From: Gammaproteobacteria bacterium
GTDB lineage: Bacteria > Pseudomonadota > Gammaproteobacteria > CAJXQU01
Assembly (NCBI GenBank): GCA_965238175.1
Contig: CBDEGZ010000003.1
Location: 2,496,001 to 2,560,000, forward strand
DNA length: 64,000 bases
Direction: 5' to 3'
Positions within the stretch are counted from its first letter, which is position 1; each line of letters starts with the position of its first letter. The position numbers were made by a program, and so were the translations under genes. The notes under the pieces were generated by a model. It did no database searches, had not been told where the DNA came from, and worked only from the letters and a program-made list of their open reading frames with translations. Below are positions 51,926-61,342 of this stretch, in pieces.

Positions 51926-54002
51926 AGATCGGCAATATTACAGTAAAGACAACACCTTCCCCAGTATCTAGATTTTCGGCAAGTAAATCACCATGATGAA
52001 AGGTTGCAATCAATTTTGCCACATATAAACCTAAGCCAAGATGAGGTTCCCCCTGTACTTTATTGTCTCGGGCAGAGATCATAGAGTCAAATAAGTTCTG
52101 CTCAATTTTTTCTGGAATTTGTGATCCAAAATTAATGATTTCGATCAAAACATTTCCGCTTTTCTCATCCAGCCTCAAGATAATAGGTGTTTCTTTTTTT
52201 GCAAAGTCAATCGCATTAGAAACAAGTTTATCCAACATCTGAACGATTAAATCCGGTGCGCAAAGTATATTTGTATCCGTATTTGTCTCGCCTATTTCGA
52301 ACCTAAACTCCTGCTCAGGGTATGCGACGCGGTAGCCTTCAACGCAGCCCTTGAGTATCTTATTGATTTTAAATGGTTTTATTTCCGAAGACTGTAATGC
52401 CCCTTCAAGACGAGCCGCTTCACTTAGTCTTGTTACTAAGGTCTGTAGTCGTTTGATCCCTTCTTTTGCTCGATCAACATATACAGCAGCATCTTCCTCA
52501 TTATCTACCGTATCTAAGCTCTCTAACGACGACTGTACTACTGCCATAGGCGTTCTAAGCTCATGCGATAATTTACTGGCAAGACTCTCCAGATAATCAT
52601 TGTATTGTTTAAGTCTTTCTAGCATGTCGGAATAATGCTGTGACAGATCACCCAACTCGTCATTCCAGGGTTTTCCTACATGTGTACGCGTAACACGCCC
52701 TTGCTCATCAATGGCCTGATCTGCTTCGCGACTTAACCGTCGGATCCGACTTAATAGACTTGATGCAAATGCGAGCAATAACAAGGTTACAACAACAAAA
52801 ACGACTAATGACTGAGTAAACAATTCGCTCATCGCTTTACGTTGGACCGTCTGAATATTGCCGGTTGTTTCTTCAGCAACAACGGCTCCAATAATTTCGG
52901 TTCCTGAAATGATAGGTTTTGCAGCTGTGACTACCGCAGCTTTACCATCTGGTGATGACCTCCAGCGGATCCCCGTTTCGCCTTTTAATGCAGCGGTAAC
53001 ATCTTCACCACGTAGTCGCGAAGCACCTTTCAAATCATCCTTAAAACGCGAGCTTGCAGAAGGGAAAATCCATGCATAAAAACGATTAAGTGTTTGACGA
53101 TAGGTCTTGTTTTTCAAATCTCCTTTACTGGCCAAAACATGTCCAGCAATATCTAAAACCCAAATACGTCTACCTTCAGCAACGTCCAACTTATCAATTG
53201 CCGAGCCTATATCATCAGAAGCTCTTACTAATAAGTTAGTTTGTTGTTCTCCAGAAGTCCTTACCTTACCCGTAATCTTTCGTAGAGACGGATCATCAAC
53301 ATCTGTGATCGTAATTCCTAACTTTTGATCGACGATACGTGATGGGATCTTCAACTCCAACCTGTAACCCGCCGGTGTCTCCTGCCAGACACCACTAATA
53401 TTGGTCACAGATCTTGGAATGGGTTGTTCTTCCCAAATATCTTCGTTCCAAATCATCCCTTGCTCATAGGCGCTAATTTTTCCAGGTGCGGAAGGTGCAA
53501 TCCAATAATGCTTTAGTTCACCATCACTATTTTCAAGGAATAGTTCTATTTGATCACTTTCATTATTGAATGGACTTTCAGGTCTTTGATAAATAAGTCG
53601 ATCATCTTCTGCTTGTAGCAAAATATATAAATATCCAGCTTGTTCAGCGACAATGACTTTGCTGACTAAACTTCCCTCAGTAGATGATTTATTGTCCGCC
53701 CAATCCAACCATGCGCTCCACTCTTCGGCATAGCCATCAAGCTGTACGATCTGTTTCATAGGATGGACGAACAGAGGGATCGATTTTTCAGAACCATAGC
53801 CCACTTGAGGAAAAAGTGTTTCTCGCCCACTCAATAGGCCAGAAATATTGCTCGCCGTACCCGTCAATGATGTTTCTAAACCGTCGCGGAGGTAATGCTC
53901 CATCTCACGAACATATTGATAACCCATATAAGGCAAACTCAATACCGCAATGGATAATAATAATAATTTTTTTCTGATCGAAAAAGAGAATGGTTTTTTC
54001 AT
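51918..54002 (-). CDS. pdsS: Proteobacterial dedicated sortase system histidine kinase PdsS-like
   Basis: SIRKKLLLLS..LPYMGYQYVREME N-terminus, LSHELRTP, LDKLVSNAIDF and HLGLGLY. Start overlaps the pdsR stop (TAATG). Confidence 0.8.
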   Translation of the reverse strand: MKKPFSFSIRKKLLLLSIAVLSLPYMGYQYVREMEHYLRDGLETSLTGTASNISGLLSGRETLFPQVGYGSEKSIPLFVHPMKQIVQLDGYAEEWSAWLDWADNKSSTEGSLVSKVIVAEQAGYLYILLQAEDDRLIYQRPESPFNNESDQIELFLENSDGELKHYWIAPSAPGKISAYEQGMIWNEDIWEEQPIPRSVTNISGVWQETPAGYRLELKIPSRIVDQKLGITITDVDDPSLRKITGKVRTSGEQQTNLLVRASDDIGSAIDKLDVAEGRRIWVLDIAGHVLASKGDLKNKTYRQTLNRFYAWIFPSASSRFKDDLKGASRLRGEDVTAALKGETGIRWRSSPDGKAAVVTAAKPIISGTEIIGAVVAEETTGNIQTVQRKAMSELFTQSLVVFVVVTLLLLAFASSLLSRIRRLSREADQAIDEQGRVTRTHVGKPWNDELGDLSQHYSDMLERLKQYNDYLESLASKLSHELRTPMAVVQSSLESLDTVDNEEDAAVYVDRAKEGIKRLQTLVTRLSEAARLEGALQSSEIKPFKINKILKGCVEGYRVAYPEQEFRFEIGETNTDTNILCAPDLIVQMLDKLVSNAIDFAKKETPIILRLDEKSGNVLIEIINFGSQIPEKIEQNLFDSMISARDNKVQGEPHLGLGLYVAKLIATFHHGDLLAENLDTGEGVVFTVILPIYG

Positions 54003-54703
54003 TAATGTACCGGTGTCGTATTCCAACGATATCCCATACCATAAACCGTTTCTATACAATCAAACGACTCATCTATCTTCTTGAATTTTTTACGAATACG
54101 TTTGATATGCGATGTAATCGTACTATCATCAACAATCACATTTGCATCCTGCATTAATTGATCACGATTTTTCACATGGCCAGGTCGCCGTACCAAACAA
54201 TGCACTATCCAAAACTCCGTCAAGGTCAGATCAATTGGCTGACTATTCCATGTAATATTGATCGCACTGGTATTAACCGATAATGGGCCAATTTGTAGAT
54301 CTGCATCGTCTTCTTGTGGAGCACTCAACGCCTCAATGCGGCGAAATAAAGCACTAATACGAGCCAGTAATTGTGGGAGGGTGACATCCTTGGTCATGTA
54401 ATCATCGGCCCCCAGACGTAGGCCAGAAACAGTATCAAAGTCACCATCCCTGGCGGTTAAAAACATGATCGGTAAAGTCCGTGACATAAATCGCAACTCA
54501 CGACATAACTCGAAACCGCCTTCCATATCATCATGTAAACCAATATCAAGAATGATCATATCCGGTAGACGCTCACGAAATGCACTAAGTGCTTCATCTC
54601 GCTCACCAAAACACGCCACTTCATAACCTTGTTTACGCAAGATCGCTGCATAGTTTTCTCGTAATGCAACTTCATCCTCAACAATTGCGATCCGTCTGGG
54701 CAT
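54002..54703 (-). CDS. pdsR: Proteobacterial dedicated sortase system response regulator PdsR-like
   Basis: RIAIVEDE..LRENY, LTLTEFW, PGHVK and DSTITSHIKRIRKKF motifs. Confidence 0.85.
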   Translation of the reverse strand: MPRRIAIVEDEVALRENYAAILRKQGYEVACFGERDEALSAFRERLPDMIILDIGLHDDMEGGFELCRELRFMSRTLPIMFLTARDGDFDTVSGLRLGADDYMTKDVTLPQLLARISALFRRIEALSAPQEDDADLQIGPLSVNTSAINITWNSQPIDLTLTEFWIVHCLVRRPGHVKNRDQLMQDANVIVDDSTITSHIKRIRKKFKKIDESFDCIETVYGMGYRWNTTPVH

Positions 54704-54891
54704 TTACACATCACTCCTTAAGTATCTTCCTATATGGGTAATTTACACCCGATTTAATCTTTAATGCTAAGAACGGAACAATTTCCATAGTTTTGCCACA
54801 TTTCGTAACCAAATGGCCCTTTTCTACCCCTTTCAATACCAGATCTGCACGCTTAAATAGTCTTCGTCAAATAAATACGAGGAAATATATA

Positions 54892-55623
54892 ATGAAAAAA
54901 CGCCAATTAAACAAAACACTTTTACCATTGTTAATCTCTAGTGCGTTAATCAATCCCGCATTAGCAGCAGAGAATATTTATGATCGTGATCACGCATCTA
55001 CAAAAGAGACCGGCGGCTTTGGTCTTGGTTTAATCCTTGGTGGTCTTTTAGGCGGCCCTCCTGGCGCAATTGTAGGTGCTGCCGGTGGCAGCTGGTTAGG
55101 TCATCATGATACTAACCGCACCGATATGATTGCCACACTGGACAAAAAGTTGATCGAGAGAAACGAGCTGATAACAAAACTTGAAACTGAACTTAGCGCT
55201 ACCGAGACTGAGTTAACAAATGCAATCCACCAATTAAGCGATGAACAGCACAACGCAAAATTAGACTATCTTCAAAAAGGTCTGACAACGACGGTTTATT
55301 TCCGATCAGCAGATACGAATTTACCCGCCAGTAATGCCTACCGACTCGAACAATTAGCTGATCTTTTACAAGAATTTTCAAATATCAACATTAGCATGGA
55401 AGGCCATACTGACATTCGTGGTGATGCTGAATACAACCGACATCTTAGTGAACTACGAATCGATACGGTACAGCAACTGCTCGAAAGCGCTGGAATTTCG
55501 TCTGACAAAATTCACTGTCAGGCCTATGGCGAATCAAAAGCAATGGCAATGGAAGGTGATAACGAAAATTATGTTTTTGATCGACGAGTCTCAATCCATA
55601 TCTCACTATCTGAGGCAAGTTAA
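54892..55623 (+). CDS. pdsO: Sortase-system-associated OmpA-like protein PdsO
   Basis: Signal peptide, Gly-zipper GLILGGLLGGPPGAIVG, coiled coil, OmpA-like domain (GHTDIRG..YN..LS..R, DRRV). Divergent from pdsR; GAGGA RBS before ATG 54892. Confidence 0.8.
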   Translation: MKKRQLNKTLLPLLISSALINPALAAENIYDRDHASTKETGGFGLGLILGGLLGGPPGAIVGAAGGSWLGHHDTNRTDMIATLDKKLIERNELITKLETELSATETELTNAIHQLSDEQHNAKLDYLQKGLTTTVYFRSADTNLPASNAYRLEQLADLLQEFSNINISMEGHTDIRGDAEYNRHLSELRIDTVQQLLESAGISSDKIHCQAYGESKAMAMEGDNENYVFDRRVSIHISLSEAS

Positions 55624-55660
55624 GCGTCATTAACACTTCTGAATATCCCTCCAGCAACTT

Positions 55661-55686
55661 GCCGCCGGCTAACCGGCGGCTTTTTT
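55661..55686 (+). terminator. Rho-independent terminator after pdsO
   Basis: GCCGCCGG-CTAA-CCGGCGGC-TTTTTT. Confidence 0.88.
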
Positions 55687-55699
55687 AGCGATTACTTCT

Positions 55700-55831
55700 A
55701 TGAAAAATAAAAGGCATTCTGATCAAGTACTCATTCTAAATGGATTTCTACGATACCTCATAACATCTGCATTTTGTGGACTGGCTTTTTCTCTGTTCCT
55801 CTCACTAATTATCTTCATGGTCATAGCCTGA
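55700..55831 (+). CDS. Possible 43-aa single-TM peptide
   Basis: Manual translation MKNKRHSDQVLILNGFLRYLITSAFCGLAFSLFLSLIIFMVIA; no clear RBS. Confidence 0.3.
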   Translation: MKNKRHSDQVLILNGFLRYLITSAFCGLAFSLFLSLIIFMVIA

Positions 55832-55935
55832 TAATTTAAATGCAGACAGACAGGTTTAGATCAAAATATTTCTAAACTTTTTCTGGGCATGTACGCTAAC
55901 TATGCATATCAATTAAATTCAGAGAACGCGAAGTC

Positions 55936-56838
55936 ATGGGCACAACTTCAGATCAGCCACCAGTTTCTTTATCTTCTAACGCCAAAAACGGAACAATCAC
56001 CGTCATGACGCTTTACATTGAAGACGCGTTGTATGCTATTCCTATTGAAAATGTAGTAAGTCTGAGCAAAGAAACTGATCATATTCAAGAACTGCCGATT
56101 AAAGCACCTGGCTTAATTGGTGTAAGTCACTATCAGAACAAAGTTGTTCCAGTTATTGATATTGCTCAACGTATTGGTATCAAGTCTGGGACGAAAGGCA
56201 AAAATGAGCTTATTGAAAAATTATCTGCCCGCGAACAAGAACACATCGATTGGCTTGATGCACTAGAAAGATCGATTAGTACTGGCGAAAAATTTGATCA
56301 AATACGCGATCATAAACTCTGCGATTTTGGAAAATGGTTGAATAAATTCGAACCACGCAACGAGTCTTTACAAGAAATCATGTCTCAATTCCAGGAACCG
56401 CATGAACATTTGCATAGTCTTGCTGATAAGTTACTGAGTACGTCAGCAACAAGTGAGCGTGGAAAAGAAGCCGCATTTGAAGAACTCAAGTTTGAACGAA
56501 TCACCACTTTAAAACGCCTGAGTTCACTGTTTAGCTATTCTCGTGAACAAGTCTCTGAAATGATGCGATCTATCTTGTTATATGTTACACGTGACGGAAT
56601 TACTCCAGCATATGCGATGTTAATTGATGAAGTCCACGATGCGCTAGATTACAACGTGAAAGATTGCTATTCCCCAAGCCAAGCCGGTTTTGAGTCGTTA
56701 CTTTCTACTGATCGATACATTAAAGCTGTTTTATCAGATAAAAACCAACCGAAGGCTATCTTATTAGATACAGATGAAATTCTTGAACAGGATCAAATAT
56801 CAGCAATAAAAAAGTCCGATTCTGAAGTCGCGGCTTAG
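55936..56838 (+). CDS. CheW-domain protein with inserted CZB (chemoreceptor zinc-binding) domain
   Basis: CheW N-part YAIPIENV...GLIGVSHYQNKVVPVIDI; CZB motif HIDW...DHKLCDFGKW...PHEHLH; CheW C-part AMLIDEVHD...ILLDTDEI. Confidence 0.82.
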   Translation: MGTTSDQPPVSLSSNAKNGTITVMTLYIEDALYAIPIENVVSLSKETDHIQELPIKAPGLIGVSHYQNKVVPVIDIAQRIGIKSGTKGKNELIEKLSAREQEHIDWLDALERSISTGEKFDQIRDHKLCDFGKWLNKFEPRNESLQEIMSQFQEPHEHLHSLADKLLSTSATSERGKEAAFEELKFERITTLKRLSSLFSYSREQVSEMMRSILLYVTRDGITPAYAMLIDEVHDALDYNVKDCYSPSQAGFESLLSTDRYIKAVLSDKNQPKAILLDTDEILEQDQISAIKKSDSEVAA

Positions 56839-56850
56839 GCCTTACAATAA

Positions 56851-56886
56851 GCCTTGATAGCCTTGATAGCCTTGATAGCCTTGATT
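56851..56886 (+). repeat. 9-bp tandem repeat (GCCTTGATA) x ~4
   Basis: gccttgata gccttgata gccttgata gccttgatt. Confidence 0.9.
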
Positions 56887-56982
56887 ATATAAATCCTATA
56901 TCTAAATATAAGATATTACTTTGCCTGATAGCCATATTTTGTTGTAATAAGCTGGTGATAAAAATAACTATTTCAAATTAAC

Positions 56983-57363
56983 ATGCCATCAAGTTATGAA
57001 CGACTCGGTGGCGAAACGGAGTTAAGGGCACTGGTTGATCGATTCTATGATTACATGGATTCATTACCAGAAGCAGAAGCCCTTCGTGAGCTTCATCCTA
57101 AAGATTTACGTAGTGCGCGCGAGAAATTATTCATGTTTCTTAGTGGCTGGTTAGGTGGCCCTGATCGGTACATTGCTGCCTTTGGTCACCCGAGATTACG
57201 AGCCCGACACTTACCTTTTTCAATTGGGTTAGAAGAAAAAGAACAATGGATGTTTTGCATGCATAAAGCATTTGATGCAGCGGAGGTTGATAAGGCTTTT
57301 AAAGAGCAACTACTCTCAGCACTAAATCAAACTGCAACCCATATGATTAATAGATCAGAATAA
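56983..57363 (+). CDS. Group II truncated haemoglobin (trHbO)
   Basis: YERLGG, LVDRFY, FLSGWLGGP..Y, GHPRLRARHLPF and WMFCM motifs. Confidence 0.95.
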   Translation: MPSSYERLGGETELRALVDRFYDYMDSLPEAEALRELHPKDLRSAREKLFMFLSGWLGGPDRYIAAFGHPRLRARHLPFSIGLEEKEQWMFCMHKAFDAAEVDKAFKEQLLSALNQTATHMINRSE

Positions 57364-57427
57364 GACCCAACTGCTAAACATCTTAGAACCCACCCCTCTA
57401 TCAAAAATTTAAACGACTACTTTTACC

Positions 57428-58653
57428 TGTAGAAATTCAGATTTGATCTGACAGTTACCCAATTATCAGTAACCGACTGTCAGGTTAAGTTTAATTCACA
57501 AACTTTTCCTTCCAGATAGCTTGTCCGTCGATGAGTGTTTCCATCGGCGTCCTCCCGCAGCACATTTTGCCTTGGTGAGTTCGTTGAGTATTGTATTTGA
57601 GCAACCATTCGTCAAGGTCGAGTTGCAGTTCATCAATCGATTGGTAAATTTTCTTACGCAAAGCGACTTGATAAAACTCATTGAGGATCGTCTTATGGAA
57701 TCGCTCACAAATACCATTCGTCTGAGGTGATTTGACCTTGGTTTTGGTGTGTTCGATATTGTTCAACGCCATATAAAGCTGATAATCATGCTGGTCAGCT
57801 CGCCCACAATACTCCGTCCCTCTATCTGTCAAAATGCGCAACATAGGCAAACGTTGTTCTTCGTAGAATGGGAGGACGCGGTCATTGAGCATGTCAGCTG
57901 CCGTAATCGGTGTTTTAGTCGGGTACAGTTTCGCGTGAGCGACCTTGCTGTAAGTATCAACAAACGTTTGTTGATAAACCCGACCAATGCCTTTGAAAGT
58001 ACCGACATAGTAAGTATCTTGCGAGCCAAGATAACCAGGGTGTGCCGTCTCTATCTCGCCACAAGCCTCATCGTCGTCTTTCTTGCGTTCCATCGCCGCG
58101 ACTTGAGACTCAGTGAGGATCAAGCCTTCACCAGCTACCTTATCAGACAATGCCTTCAGGCGATCTTTAAAGCAAGCAAGACCATGACGAAGCCAGATAC
58201 AACGAACGCCACTGGGTGAGACAAATGTTCCCCGTTTGCGCAGCTCGTTACTGGTGCGCGTTTGACCATGTGCGGGCTCTTCCAGTGCATACTCGAGCAC
58301 AACGGTTTCAATAGCCGGGTCGATTCTGTTTTTAAGATTTGGGGTACGCCGATTACGATCAAACAAGGCTTCTACACCGCCTTCATCAGCCGCTTCTTTG
58401 TAGCGATAAAATGTATCTCTGGACAAACCCATCATCTTGCAGGCTTTTGAGACATTGCCGAGTTCTTCAGCGAGATTGAGTAGACCAACTTTATGTTTTA
58501 TAACTTTGTCATTAGTATGAATCATGAGAGTTACCTCTTTGTGTTTTGATGTTTACGTTGCAGTTACATCAAAGCGGGTAACTCTCACTAAATCAAGCGT
58601 CGCTACGCTCCGCTTGATTTAGTGATGTGTCAGATTGGGTCTAAACTTCTACA
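57428..58653 (-). mobile_element. Complete IS481-family insertion sequence (1226 bp)
   Basis: Ends TGTAGAAATTCAGATTTGATCTGACA and (reverse complement) TGTAGAAGTTTAGACCCAATCTGACA; flanked by direct repeat TTTTACC (57421-57427 and 58654-58660). Confidence 0.93.
57491..58525 (-). CDS. IS481-family DDE transposase
   Basis: LAEELGNVSKACK HTH, GSQDTYYVG, TDRGTEYCG and PQTNGICERFH motifs. Confidence 0.96.
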   Translation of the reverse strand: MIHTNDKVIKHKVGLLNLAEELGNVSKACKMMGLSRDTFYRYKEAADEGGVEALFDRNRRTPNLKNRIDPAIETVVLEYALEEPAHGQTRTSNELRKRGTFVSPSGVRCIWLRHGLACFKDRLKALSDKVAGEGLILTESQVAAMERKKDDDEACGEIETAHPGYLGSQDTYYVGTFKGIGRVYQQTFVDTYSKVAHAKLYPTKTPITAADMLNDRVLPFYEEQRLPMLRILTDRGTEYCGRADQHDYQLYMALNNIEHTKTKVKSPQTNGICERFHKTILNEFYQVALRKKIYQSIDELQLDLDEWLLKYNTQRTHQGKMCCGRTPMETLIDGQAIWKEKFVN

Positions 58654-58661
58654 TTTTACCT

Positions 58662-59654
58662 TTAGTGACCTTGTTTTTTTGGGGTAATAAAACGTGCACC
58701 AAGCTTTCGCGCCTGCTCCACCCAGTTTTCTTGTCTAACCTTTCCTGAAAAATCAAACAATTGATCAAAGCGATCAATATCACCGTTATCCCAGGCTGCA
58801 ATGTCTCGATAACGTGTAACACCCATTTCATATAACTTCGTTTCTAATACGCTACCAATGCCTTTAATCTGTTGAAGATCATCAAACTGCTTCGATATGT
58901 CAGTTATTTTGTCATTATCCGCCGGGTATTCCTTAACCGTGATCGAACCTTTTAACTTTTCTATTTCCTGATCTTTTAGATTTACTTCATCAAAAAGTTC
59001 TTGAACTCTGGTTTGCAATCTCGCTATTCGCGAAACTGCAAGTTCAGGCTCCGCGTTTTCATTCAAACTTAGAACGGCCATGTTCGAATTGTCGGTGGGT
59101 TTTGATTCAAGTTCTGCTAAACGTTTATCTTTATTGGTTAATTCTAGCCGTGCATGTTCCAGGGCATTTTTTAATATTCCGCTCTGTTGAACAATTTCCT
59201 CCAGATCGCTTTCAAAAATTAACATTCTATTTTTTACCAAATCAAATTCATTCGTCAATTGTTGATTTTTTTTGTGCTGCTGTTCAAGATCCAGTTCAGC
59301 TTTTTGAATTTGCTGACTAGCCTCTTCAAGTGATTGGCTTAATTCTAATACTTTCTGATCTTGTGCTTTAGATTGATTCTGAAATGACGATAGCTTAGAA
59401 CTCAATTCTCGAACTTCATTAGCGTCATCTAGTCGTTGTGATTTTTCCTTTTCAAGTGTGATCTTTGATTCCACCAACAGGACTTGAGTCTCATCTAATT
59501 GCTTGTTCGCATCATAAAGCTGCCCATAAACATTGACTTCAACATCTTCAATTTTTCGTTTCCAAGATGCACGCGTAAATAACCAGCCAATAAGAACCCC
59601 AAATAACGCGATACCAATTAGATATACAATCATCTCAACAATCAGAAAACTCAT
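58662..59654 (-). CDS. Membrane-anchored coiled-coil protein with C-terminal helix-hairpin-helix (COG3743/ArfC-like) domain
   Basis: N-terminal TM ending GWL, long coiled coil, DDLQQIKGIG..LE..L...GV....IAAW...ENWVEQA. Confidence 0.75.
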   Translation of the reverse strand: MSFLIVEMIVYLIGIALFGVLIGWLFTRASWKRKIEDVEVNVYGQLYDANKQLDETQVLLVESKITLEKEKSQRLDDANEVRELSSKLSSFQNQSKAQDQKVLELSQSLEEASQQIQKAELDLEQQHKKNQQLTNEFDLVKNRMLIFESDLEEIVQQSGILKNALEHARLELTNKDKRLAELESKPTDNSNMAVLSLNENAEPELAVSRIARLQTRVQELFDEVNLKDQEIEKLKGSITVKEYPADNDKITDISKQFDDLQQIKGIGSVLETKLYEMGVTRYRDIAAWDNGDIDRFDQLFDFSGKVRQENWVEQARKLGARFITPKKQGH

Positions 59655-59664
59655 AGCTGATCCT

Positions 59665-61158
59665 CTATTCCAATTCTATTCGCAATCTATTTTCCACCCG
59701 AAACTGATTTCCCAAATTTGACACTGCAACATCAAACGCCTCAATAGCCCTTCGACTCTCCACAATTCCTTTAACAATGATCTGTTTATTTTTATATCGT
59801 AATTGCCCTTCTTCGACCCACTGAAAAAAGGGTACTAACAAAGGCAAGTTACCATTATACCAGTCAGGTATACTTTCACCCTCATCAATAGCAACCTCAA
59901 AGAAATCCTCTGGTATAGACACATACTGCTCCAGTTTAGCACGAAGCGTATCTTGTATATAAATCGTTGGCACTACTCCAGTGACTTCGATACGTTCTTT
60001 AACCTTGTTGATCAAAAAGACCTGTTGAGTAATTTCATTCAAACTCTCAACATAAGTATTTTTGATCGGCCAATATAATCCTTTTGTGTGTTCGACTTGC
60101 ACAATTGAATTTCTGTTCTGTCGAGCTTGATACGCTTGGATAGTTTCCTTATTGACAATCATATGCTCAACGTTATACGGATCAAACCTTATAACTTCGC
60201 CACTATTCTTCAACGGCCAGAATGTCTTTTCTGGATGCTCAACTTGGAGTGTTGGTACAAATTTTCGTTGTGAAAGATAAGCATTTATCTCATCACCTTT
60301 GACGAGCATTGGTTGAGTGACTTCTTGATCAAACCGTATGGGAGCTTCACCATTAATCTTCAGCGGCCAGAATGCATAACTCGGATGTTGAACCTGGACA
60401 GTAGGTATATATTGATTCTGCGAGAGGTAAGCAATAATTACCTCACCATCAACGATGCTATTTTCAAATTGAAGTGTTGGAGAAAGACTTTCTTTTACCA
60501 TTGGCCAAAAAACTTCTTCTGGGTGTAGAATTTGATCAATCCGTGTCTGTCTATCACGGCTTTGATAAGCATCATCAACTGATCTATCAATAACCAGATG
60601 ATAACGATTTAAACTTTCCGAGACTGGAGGATACAACTTCTCCTTCTGCTCATATTTTTTGTCATGCTTTGAAACTTTTAAACTGTCATCATTACGCTTA
60701 TTTTGTAAAAAGGATTCGATAAGGCCACCTTTTACGATATCATATTCCGCTAAAGGACGACTTGCTTCCGAGAGAAAATATTCTCCGACAACTCTTTTTT
60801 CTGGCCAACGAGTTACTTCAGGATGCAACACCTGTCCAGATAAAGTGACGCCGAGGTTAGATTCTTGTTGTTCAAAAACTTGTTTCAACTTTCCTTTTGA
60901 TCTTTTTTCTAAAAGTTCACCTGGCAACTTAACACCAGAGACAGCTTCAGCAACGGCGTAGGCTTGATCAAGCATTTCTTCAGGACCTGTTAACTGAAGA
61001 TCACGACCATCCATTTGAACACGTACCTCAGATAATCCTTCATCTACAAGCGCCAGGACAACATCACTGTGTAATTTCTGTTCTATTTTGGTAGATTTAT
61101 TTTGAACCCCTATATATAGAATGATAGGTAAGAAAAGAAGAAGAAACCAGCGCGTCAA
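59665..61158 (-). CDS. Membrane-anchored protein with BON-like ends and internal HPxxxxWP repeats (ArfA-like, no OmpA domain)
   Basis: N-terminal TM, VQMDGRDLQLTG...AVSGV (BON-like), internal repeats, C-terminal IEVTGVVP and IIVKGIV...VENRL. Confidence 0.6.
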   Translation of the reverse strand: MTRWFLLLFLPIILYIGVQNKSTKIEQKLHSDVVLALVDEGLSEVRVQMDGRDLQLTGPEEMLDQAYAVAEAVSGVKLPGELLEKRSKGKLKQVFEQQESNLGVTLSGQVLHPEVTRWPEKRVVGEYFLSEASRPLAEYDIVKGGLIESFLQNKRNDDSLKVSKHDKKYEQKEKLYPPVSESLNRYHLVIDRSVDDAYQSRDRQTRIDQILHPEEVFWPMVKESLSPTLQFENSIVDGEVIIAYLSQNQYIPTVQVQHPSYAFWPLKINGEAPIRFDQEVTQPMLVKGDEINAYLSQRKFVPTLQVEHPEKTFWPLKNSGEVIRFDPYNVEHMIVNKETIQAYQARQNRNSIVQVEHTKGLYWPIKNTYVESLNEITQQVFLINKVKERIEVTGVVPTIYIQDTLRAKLEQYVSIPEDFFEVAIDEGESIPDWYNGNLPLLVPFFQWVEEGQLRYKNKQIIVKGIVESRRAIEAFDVAVSNLGNQFRVENRLRIELE

Positions 61159-61342
61159 TATTATATCTCCATGATTGCTTTTACGTTAATTATCTGTGGG
61201 ATTTTGACACATGACGTCCTTACGTTATAGTGCTGTGTTAGATATTACAATTCAATTCCACCCAAAAAAACCCAAAAAATCACCTTGAATTCTATTTTCA
61301 AGATGATTGACTCCCAACATAGACTAGCTTAAAGTTTCAATC

